Source: Myxococcota bacterium | GTDB taxonomy: Bacteria; Myxococcota; JACRCW01 | Reading direction: 5' to 3' | Assembly (NCBI GenBank): GCA_040752415.1 | Contig: JBFMGU010000250.1 | Span: forward strand, 1 to 15,729 | Length of the DNA: 15,729 bases | Shown: piece by piece, positions 1-9,800 of the stretch | Position numbering within the stretch: position 1 is the stretch's first letter | Layout: the number at the start of each line of letters is the position of its first letter | The notes under the pieces: generated by a model | Database searches by the model: none | The model's input: only the letters and a program-made list of their open reading frames with translations | Told to the model about the DNA's origin: nothing | Made by a program: the position numbers and the translations under genes

Positions 1-125
1 GGGGAAGGGGGGCAATCGGTGAACACGCAACGCTATTCCGACGAGAAGACGCCCCCCAGGCACAAATGCGTGCCCCCCTTCCCCGGCTCGGTGACGACGG
101 AAAATTGGTACTGGGGAAGGGGGGC
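1..125. repeat. Three copies of GGGGAAGGGGGGC in alternating orientation (+ 1-13, - 72-84, + 113-125)
   Basis: ggggaaggggggca at 1-14, its exact reverse complement tgccccccttcccc at 71-84, and ggggaaggggggc at 113-125, all read directly from the sequence. Confidence 0.75.
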
Positions 126-388
126 GAACGAGCAGGACGGCTTGAACGGGGGGGGTTAGGTGTTCGCCGGCCACAACGAAATGGGCAGAATGCACACACA
201 GCCCCTCGAAGCGGTGAAGTCGGAACTCGGGCTTGGTGCGTTTCCAGGTGCAGCCTCGGCTGCCGCAATGGCCCCGCAGCGTCACGACGCCACGAATCCC
301 TGTGCTCCCGCCACCCCTTCGGCTTGGCACCACCACCCGTCCAACGCGGCATTGACAGGCCCGGCGTGACCATGTTGCCTGCGCGCCC

Positions 389-889
389 ATGAAGACGTGG
401 CAGCAGAGTCAGGAACACTACGAGACGTGGGTACGCGACGACGGCATCCCCACCGCCTTCGAGGAGGAGCTGGAGGACGGCACGGTGCAGCGCGTGCAGA
501 TGCTCAACTTCGGCACGGATGACGACGTGCAGGTGGTAGCGCGCAACGTCAGCAGGCCAGCACTGTTCGGTTTCGCCCACTGCGTGGGTCGCAACGTGGC
601 CAACGCGTTCTTCGAGGGTGAGCTCGCCGGGTGGCGCGGGGAGCTGGGCATCAGCGTGCAGCTCTTTCCCGAGAAGGACCCGGAGTTCGACCTGCACGTG
701 CGCGCCGCACCCAACCTGCCCCGCCACCATGCCGAGGAGGAGAAGCTCTTCCTCATGCTCCGGACGCGCCTGCGTGTGCTGGAGTCCCTCAAGACCGCCG
801 GGGATCCCGTCACCGTCCACTTCATCTTCGCCATCAATGGGGGGCCCGGTCACGTCGGAGACCCGCACGGGCACGACCTCCCGCACTGA
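389..889 (+). CDS. Hypothetical protein (166 aa, acidic N-terminus, His-rich C-terminal tail)
   Basis: ATG 389 to TGA 887-889. Strongly G/C-ending codons typical of real genes here and a protein-like composition, unlike the overlapping ORFs. No recognisable family motif and no clear SD sequence. Confidence 0.75.
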   Translation: MKTWQQSQEHYETWVRDDGIPTAFEEELEDGTVQRVQMLNFGTDDDVQVVARNVSRPALFGFAHCVGRNVANAFFEGELAGWRGELGISVQLFPEKDPEFDLHVRAAPNLPRHHAEEEKLFLMLRTRLRVLESLKTAGDPVTVHFIFAINGGPGHVGDPHGHDLPH

Positions 890-899
890 CAACCTGGTC

Positions 900-929
900 T
901 TGACCTTGGCCGGTGGTGCGCTCAACCAT
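900..929 (+). promoter_or_regulatory. Possible sigma70-type promoter for the peptidase gene
   Basis: TTGACC (900-905), 18 nt spacer, AACCAT (924-929), lying 31 nt upstream of the ATG at 961. The -10 match is weak. Confidence 0.25.
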
Positions 930-960
930 CCGCGCACTTCAACCCCTGCCGAGGAAGACC

Positions 961-2901
<1,941 letters not shown>

Positions 2902-3140
2902 CCCCCCACGACGGGTGCGCTTATCGGCTCCGCATCCCACATGTTGCCACACCGCGTGGAGACGCGGCGTATTGCGTTTCTCTCGTCGGGAAGTGGTGGG
3001 GTTGGCGCCCCCAGCCCGTGAGGTTGCGGGCCCCCAGCGCGCCTAAACGCCAGGGGATCTCCGCAGTTGCAACGTCGCGGTTTTGCGGCGTTTTCCCTCG
3101 AGGCCAGGTATCCTCCGCCTGGGTTGCCCGCCCGTGCCAG

Positions 3141-3157
3141 CTGGCGCGCAACTTGAA
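3141..3157 (+). promoter_or_regulatory. Candidate sigma54 (-24/-12) promoter upstream of the cytochrome pair
   Basis: CTGGCGCG-CAAC-TTGAA versus consensus YTGGCACG-N4-TTGCW, with correct spacing and two mismatches, 46 nt before ATG 3204. Palindromic candidate activator sites lie upstream at 3066-3090. Confidence 0.5.
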
Positions 3158-3203
3158 GTGCCGGGTCACGCTGGGGCCGCGCGACCCGCGGTCGGAGGTC
3201 GTC

Positions 3204-6200
3204 ATGCGCAGTCACGTCCGGATCCTCGGAATGGTCCTGGCTTTTGCAGCCAGCACCAGTCTCATTGCCTGCACCACCGAGAAGGAGTGCGAGGACGGCA
3301 GCCTCCCGGACGAGAACGGCGATTGCTACGGCGAGGCCACCAGCTCCAGCTCAAGCAGCGGTGACGTGATCAGCTCCAGCACGTCGGAGGAAGCCTCCTC
3401 GTCCAGCTCGTCGTCGTCGGGCAGCTCCAGCAGCTCGTCGTCGTCATCTTCGTCGTCGACTTCCTCGGCATCCAGCTCCTCGTCGTCGGGCTCGTCGAGC
3501 AGCTCGTCCTCCAGCTCGTCCTCCTCCAGCTCCTCGTCGACCGGCGGGCTCGGCAACTGCTTCAACAACCGCTACGCCGTCTACCAGGGCGATCCCATTG
3601 ACTGCGACGTGACCAACACCGCCGTGTGGGGTTCCTGCGACGAGACCGGCACGCGCGTGGGCGGCGACCCGAACCAGCAGGCCGCGTGCGTCCTCTTCTG
3701 CTTCATCGAGGCGGGCGAGTGCGCCAACACGCCGCTCACGCCGGAAAACAGCAACTGCATGCAGTGCCACAACGGCGCCGGCGAGAATGACCCGCCCTAT
3801 TCCGGCGGCGGTCTCGAGGACGCCCATCCCTGGCGCACCGCGGGCGGCAGCACCGTGAAGTGCACCACCTGCCACGGCGGCGACCCCGACAGCGGCATGT
3901 ACAAGGACCGCGCGCACATCTGTCCTCCGCCGGACATCGAGCAGATTCGCGACAACGGCGACCCGCGTTGGGAAGGCGTCATCCTGGACCAGTACGGACC
4001 GCGCGCGTGGAGCCGCTATCTGCACAAAGCGGGTCTGGACAAGAGCCAGTCCGACGGAATCCTGGGCGTCCCCGACACCTGGCTGTGCCTGGGCCCCGAC
4101 GGAACGCCCAACCGCACCGTCACGAAGATGGAGTACCTGCAGTTCCTGGCGCCAGGGGACCTGCGTGTCGTCGAGACGGGCAAGAGCTGCGGTCAGTGTC
4201 ACGTCAACCAGTCCAAGGCCGTGCCGCGCAGCGTGATCGGCACCAGCATCGGCCTGGTGTCCACGGCGCGCTTCGTGTTCGGCATTCCCAACGCCATCCA
4301 GGGCTCCAACCCGTGGCAGCCCGACTACGCCGTCCGCAACATCACCGCGCTGCAGAATCCGCAGGGCCCCGCCACCATGGACTTCACGCAGGCCGGCCAG
4401 GCCAACCAGCTCCTGGAGCCCACCTTCGTGCAGGACTTCGAGAGCAACACGAATGTGCAGACGGTGACGTCGGTGCAGATGGCAACCGGCGTGGAGAGCA
4501 ACGCGGACCTGGACCAGCAGGCCTTCATCTCCTACGGCTACAACCGCGTCCGCGACACCAACAGCGATCTCGCCAAGGCCATCACCGTGGCGTTCGTGAA
4601 GCAGTGCGGTGATTGCCACGCCGGCGACAGCGGTCAGAACAACACCACCGGCGACTACCGCGGCGCGGGCTGCGCTTCGTGTCACATGGAGTACGGGTTT
4701 GAAGGTCGCTACCGGGGCCTGGACCCCAACCTGAACCGCGGTGAGCCCACCAACCCCGACTTCATCTACCCCGGCGAGCGTCCCCACGTGCGTGAACACG
4801 TCCTGCGTGCGCGTTTCCGTCGGGTGGTGCGGGAGAACCAGCCGGAGCAGCTCATCTTCGGCATGAACAGTGCGCGCGCCTGCATCGGGTGCCACCAGGG
4901 CTCCAACCGCACCGTGCTGCAGTACCTGGGCATCCGACTGGACCAGAACCAGGACGTGCTGAACAACCGCCAGTACCCCGGCAATCCCGTCGTGGCGAGG
5001 TTCGCCAACGAGTTCCAGGGTCGTGACGGCGTGGAGCTGTACAACATTGCCTACGGGCCCAACGTCAATGACCGCACCACGCTGCTGAACAACCGCGCCG
5101 CCACGCAGTACGTCCTCTACGAAGACTATGGTTGGCGAAACATCTTCTATGACCCGAACTTCGGCGGCACACCCAACGCCAGTGACTTCGGGCAGCGCGC
5201 GGCCACCAACCGTGACGACACACCCGCCGACATCCACTACGAGCGCGGCCTGGAGTGTTACGACTGCCACACCTCGACGGAGATGCACGGCACCGGCCGC
5301 ATCTACGCGCGCGGCAACCACTCGCTCGCCGTCACGTGTGAGAGCTGCCACGGCAACGCGGATGGCTACGCCGACCTCAGCGCCGGTGGATTCGCCATGG
5401 ACCGCTTCGGCAATGAGCTGAAGCACGTCTACAAGGACCAGACCGGCCGCTACTACCTGATGGGCAAGCGCGACGGGCTCCCCCACTTCATCCCGCAGGT
5501 AAAGGACCTGGTGAACAGCAACAGCCAGGTCACCAACCCGCGCAACAACCAGCCCATCTACAGCGCCAACGCGGACTTCGCGATGGGCCGCATGGACTTC
5601 GACCCCACCAATGGCGACGGGCCGCTGCAGAACGTGACGCAGATCGACCAGGCGCTGCGCAACCGCGGCTTCAGCCACCTGGGCACGTCGGATAACGCGG
5701 GCGGGCTGGCCTGCTACACGTGTCACACGTCGTGGCAGAACCAGTGCGTGGGCTGTCACCTGGACCTGCAGGCGCGTGCCAACGTGGACGCCTACACACA
5801 GATCAGCGCCGACTACGCCAACAACAACACCGGCGGCATCCCGAACGTGGGCTTCCCCTGGGCCAATGACATCAACCAGAACTTCGTCAACAACGTGAAC
5901 GGCGAATACGTCTTCAGCACCATCAACGCCAACTTCACGTACATTGACATCAGCACCTTCTACGTCGGCGTCGGGAACCGGGGACGCATCGTCCCGTTCT
6001 CCGCGCAGCACAACTGGTTCAACTACATCGACAACAACGGCGAGCGCCTCCAGGACGTGATGACGCTGCTGGGCGTGCAACAGGCGGCCACCAACGCCAA
6101 CTACACCTACGGTGCGGTGGCCGGCGCCAAGGGCCTGTTCTCCGACCGATTCGGCAATGGTTCGTCGGCGGGGAACCGGCAGCGCATGACCAGCGCGGGC

Positions 6201-6815
6201 GGGTATCACCAGATGATGCCGCACAGTCAGCGTGGTCGGCCCACGGGTCAGGCCTGGGGCGGATACGGAACGGCGTGCTTCCACTGCCACCTGACGGAAG
6301 GCACGGTGAACAACACCAGCGCCGTCGACCTGGTGCGCACCACCACGGGCCTGGGCGCGCTCACGTACAAGAAGTTCGCCGCGGACCGCTTCGGTTGTCC
6401 CATGAACTTCATCAATTGCGCGGCGAACAACACCGTGAACCAGCCCGCGGGCATTGCCGACTGCACCAACGGCACCGCGCTGGACAACCAGGCCCGCCTG
6501 TTCTTCTTCGACGGCAATGCCAACCTCTGCCCGCCCTCCACCGCCAACAACAACCCGGCCGACGTGTTCGCGGACTACGACCAGTTCGTCACCGCCAGCG
6601 GCGTCAGCAACGCGCGCAACAGCCAGAAGCGCGTGGAGTTCACGGGCATCTTCCCCGCGGGCTCGCTGGCTCCCGACGTGGCGGGCCCGCTGGGCATCCA
6701 GCACCTGCAGCTGCTCAACAACCTCAACAACAGCGGCATCGTCCTCACGCAGTGGATTGATTGGAACGGCGTGCGCTGCAACGTGAACACCTGTCCCAAC
6801 GGGTTCTTCCAGTAG
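3204..6815 (+). CDS. Large lipoprotein multiheme c-type cytochrome (1203 aa, 11 CxxCH), paralog 1
   Basis: GGAGG (3194-3198) precedes ATG 3204, so the ORF-track start at 3018 is too long. Lipoprotein signal MRSHVRILGMVLAFAASTSLIA|C (Cys23). Poly-Ser linker. Heme motifs CMQCH, CTTCH, CGQCH, CGDCH, CASCH, CIGCH, CYDCH, CESCH, CYTCH, CVGCH, CFHCH. Stop TAG 6813-6815. Confidence 0.92.
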   Translation: MRSHVRILGMVLAFAASTSLIACTTEKECEDGSLPDENGDCYGEATSSSSSSGDVISSSTSEEASSSSSSSSGSSSSSSSSSSSSTSSASSSSSSGSSSSSSSSSSSSSSSSTGGLGNCFNNRYAVYQGDPIDCDVTNTAVWGSCDETGTRVGGDPNQQAACVLFCFIEAGECANTPLTPENSNCMQCHNGAGENDPPYSGGGLEDAHPWRTAGGSTVKCTTCHGGDPDSGMYKDRAHICPPPDIEQIRDNGDPRWEGVILDQYGPRAWSRYLHKAGLDKSQSDGILGVPDTWLCLGPDGTPNRTVTKMEYLQFLAPGDLRVVETGKSCGQCHVNQSKAVPRSVIGTSIGLVSTARFVFGIPNAIQGSNPWQPDYAVRNITALQNPQGPATMDFTQAGQANQLLEPTFVQDFESNTNVQTVTSVQMATGVESNADLDQQAFISYGYNRVRDTNSDLAKAITVAFVKQCGDCHAGDSGQNNTTGDYRGAGCASCHMEYGFEGRYRGLDPNLNRGEPTNPDFIYPGERPHVREHVLRARFRRVVRENQPEQLIFGMNSARACIGCHQGSNRTVLQYLGIRLDQNQDVLNNRQYPGNPVVARFANEFQGRDGVELYNIAYGPNVNDRTTLLNNRAATQYVLYEDYGWRNIFYDPNFGGTPNASDFGQRAATNRDDTPADIHYERGLECYDCHTSTEMHGTGRIYARGNHSLAVTCESCHGNADGYADLSAGGFAMDRFGNELKHVYKDQTGRYYLMGKRDGLPHFIPQVKDLVNSNSQVTNPRNNQPIYSANADFAMGRMDFDPTNGDGPLQNVTQIDQALRNRGFSHLGTSDNAGGLACYTCHTSWQNQCVGCHLDLQARANVDAYTQISADYANNNTGGIPNVGFPWANDINQNFVNNVNGEYVFSTINANFTYIDISTFYVGVGNRGRIVPFSAQHNWFNYIDNNGERLQDVMTLLGVQQAATNANYTYGAVAGAKGLFSDRFGNGSSAGNRQRMTSAGGYHQMMPHSQRGRPTGQAWGGYGTACFHCHLTEGTVNNTSAVDLVRTTTGLGALTYKKFAADRFGCPMNFINCAANNTVNQPAGIADCTNGTALDNQARLFFFDGNANLCPPSTANNNPADVFADYDQFVTASGVSNARNSQKRVEFTGIFPAGSLAPDVAGPLGIQHLQLLNNLNNSGIVLTQWIDWNGVRCNVNTCPNGFFQ
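3342..3539 (+). repeat. Poly-serine low-complexity linker (~66 codons) in cytochrome paralog 1
   Basis: Run of mixed tcg/tcc/agc/tca/tct codons encoding SSSSSSGDVISSSTSEEASSSS...SSSS between the lipid anchor and the folded region. Confidence 0.9.
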
Positions 6816-6836
6816 CGTTTCGCGCTCGGAGGTCGC

Positions 6837-9800
6837 ATGCGCCGGTGCTCGGCTGCGCTGCTGATGGCGTTGATGACCGCGTGCACGCAGGACCCCGGAG
6901 TGGCGCCGTGCGTGGAAGGCGGGTGTGACGGCGTCGACGGAGGCAGTGCGAGCTCCGCGTCCAGTTCCTCCAGCGGGTCTTCTTCTTCTTCGTCCTCTTC
7001 GTCGTCGAGCTCCTCCGGCGCATCAAGCTCGGGTGGCTGCGAGAATGGGCTCTGTTGCCCGGAGGGCTGCGTTCCGAACTTCGACGCGACGGCGTGCCTC
7101 AATTCCATCACCGGAGGCGCATGCGGGGACGAATGCCCCAACACGTGTGAAACGGACTGCCCCCAACTGCCGGACTGTTCGTGCTGGTGTGACGACGGGT
7201 ACGGCTGCGACAACGGGCACGCCACCTACAATGGTCAGACGTACGACTGTCATAGCGAAGCGGTGTGGGGGGGCTGCTGCGGTGGGCCGTCCGGCGACGA
7301 GACCGGCCAGGTCGCCTGCATGCTCTTCTGCAACCTCGACAAGGTCGGCGCGGGACTTCCGCCCTGTGACTGTCCCAGTCCGTCCCCCAGCAACTGCATG
7401 CAGTGTCACAACGGAGCCGGTCCCAATGACCCGTCCTACAGCGGTGGTGGTCTGGAGGACCCGCACCCGTGGCGCACCGCCGGCGGCCAGGCGCTGGGTT
7501 GCACCAACTGTCACGGCGGCGACTCCACCAGCGGCATGTACAAGGACCGCGCACACGTCTGTCCCCCGCCGGACATCGCGCAGATTCGCGACAACGGCGA
7601 GCCCCGCTGGGAGGGCGTCATCCTCGACCAGTACGGTCCGCGCGCGTGGAGCCGCTACCTGCACAAGGCAGGGCTGGACAAGGGCCAGGTTGACGGCGTC
7701 ACGGGCGTTCCGGACCAGTGGAGCTGCCCGGGCCCCGACGGTCAGCCAACACGAACCGTGACGAATCTGGACTATCTCCAGTTTATCGCTCCCGGCGACC
7801 TGCGCGTGGTGGAGACCGGCAAGAGCTGCGGCCAGTGCCACGTCAACCAGAGCAAGAACCTGCCGCGCAGCGTGATTGGAACGGGCGGCGCCATCATTTC
7901 CAGTGCGCGTTTCTCCTTCGGTATTCCCAATGCCGTCGTCGGACGGAGCCCGTGGGGCGCCGATTACGCCTTTCGGGACATCACCTCACTCTCCAACCCC
8001 GGCTACGGCGCGGACTACCTCGAGGCGGGACAGGTGACGTCGCTGCAGGAGCCTGGCTTCACCGGTGATTACGAAAGCAACCTGAACGTCCAGACCGTCA
8101 CCTCCGTGCTCATGGCTGACGGCGTGGAAAGCAACCCGAACCTGGATCAGCAAGCCTGGATTTCCTACGGCACCAACCGCATCCGTGACGGACAGAGCGA
8201 CCTCGCCAAGGCCATCACCACGACGGTCATCAAGCAATGTGGCAACTGCCACGCGGGCAACAGCGGCACCAACGACAGTCCCGGTGACTTCCGCGGCGCA
8301 GGTTGCGCGGCATGTCACATGGAATACGGATTGGATGGCCGCTACCGCGGGTCGGATCCCAATCTCAACGTGGTGGAGCCGGCGGACCCCGACTTCCTCC
8401 AACCCGGCGAGCGACCACACGTGCGCCAGCACCTCATCCGCGGCCGTTACCGGGTAATTCCACGACAGGGCCAGCCAGACCTCACCGTGCTCGGCATGGA
8501 CAGCACGCGCGCCTGTCTTCCCTGTCACGCCGGCAGCAACCACACCACGCTGCAGTACCTGGGCATCCGGCCCGACCCGAATCAGGACGTCGTCAACAAT
8601 CGGCAGTATCCCGCCAATCCGTTGAACGCCTTGCACCTCGAGAGCTTCCTCGACCACGAGGGCAGGCCGCTCGTCGGAGCGCCGCTGGACGGTGGGGAGC
8701 CCACTTCGCTGCTCCATGGCCGCACCGCAACGCAATACGTTGTCTATGAAGACTATGGTTGGCGCAACATCTTCTATGACCCGACCTTCGGCGGCACACC
8801 CAACGCCAATGACCCAGGCGCCCGCACGCCCGCCAACCGCGACGACACACCTCCCGACATCCACTACGAACGCGGCCTGGAGTGCTACGACTGCCACACC
8901 GCGAGCGAGGTGCACGGGAATGGTCGGATCTACGCCCGAGGCGAGCACGCATTGTCGGTGACCTGTGAGAGCTGCCACGGGAACGCCGACCACTATGCGA
9001 CGCTAAGCGACAACGGCTTCGCCCTGGACCGCTTGGGCAATGAGCTGCGACACGTCTTCAAGGACCAGATGGGGCGCTACTATCTCGTCGGCAAACGCGA
9101 CGGCCAGGCGCACTTCCTGCCGCAGGTCAGGGACCTGGTGAATCCCGACAGCGCAGTCACCCGCCCCGGCAACAACCAGCCCCTGTATTCCGCCAACGCC
9201 GACTTCGCCATGGGACGCATCGACTTTGACCCCACCAACGGTGACGGACCCGTGCAGGGCATCGTCGTTGACGACCAGGTCCGACGCGCCCGCGGCTTCA
9301 GCCACCTGGGAACGCCGGACAACCAGGGAGGCATCGCATGTCATACGTGTCACACGTCGTGGCAGAACCAGTGCGTGGGTTGCCACCTGGACCTGCAGGC
9401 GCGCGCCAACGTGGACGCGTACACGCGCATCACCAGTGACTACGCCAACAACAACACCAACGGGGTTCCCAGCCTTGGCTTTCCCTGGAGCCGGGCCATC
9501 AGCAGTGACTTCATCAGCCCCATCAACGGCGAGTACGTGTTCCACTCCAGCCACGCGCATGCAACCTATGTGGACGTGACCACGTTCTCCATCGGCGTCG
9601 GGAGCCGGGGGCGGATTGTGCCGTTCACGTCGCAGCAGTCCTGGTTCAACAACTTGGACAGCAGTGGGGACCAGCTCCAGCACGTGATGACGTTGCTGGG
9701 AGTCCAGGAGGCGGAAACGGGCAGCGCTGCAACGTACGGCACGGTGACCGGCAAGGGCTTCTTCTCGGACCGCCTCGGGAGCGGTTCCTCGGCGGGCAAC

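Noticed and set aside
1..125. CRISPR array or retron msr-msd interpretation of the left-edge repeats
   Set aside because: The repeats are only 13-14 bp and alternate in orientation with unequal spacing, and there is no cas or reverse transcriptase gene in the window.
352..380. Perfect TTGACA -35 hexamer upstream of the 389 ORF
   Set aside because: No acceptable -10 at 16-18 nt spacing (TTGCCT at 17 nt), so a promoter cannot be supported.
66..392. Short ORFs 66-392 and 160-369
   Set aside because: No codon bias, SD or motifs, and they overlap the repeat-rich intergenic region.
913..960. GTG start of the peptidase at 913
   Set aside because: ATG 961 has an SD-like GAGGA and gives a canonical signal peptide.
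2952..2967. Hairpin CCGCGT-GGAG-ACGCGG after the peptidase as an intrinsic terminator
   Set aside because: Only a 6-bp stem with no immediate U-tract.
3018..3203. 62-codon N-terminal extension of cytochrome paralog 1 in the ORF track
   Set aside because: A strong SD and a lipoprotein signal peptide begin at ATG 3204, and the extension overlaps the candidate promoter.
3444..6704. 1086-aa antisense ORF, plus other long antisense ORFs (1486-2658, 7023-7841, 7986-8993, 9003-10505, 10760-12289)
   Set aside because: They mirror real genes codon for codon. In high-GC3 genes the antisense frame lacks stops, and the translations are V/A/G/R-rich with no motifs.
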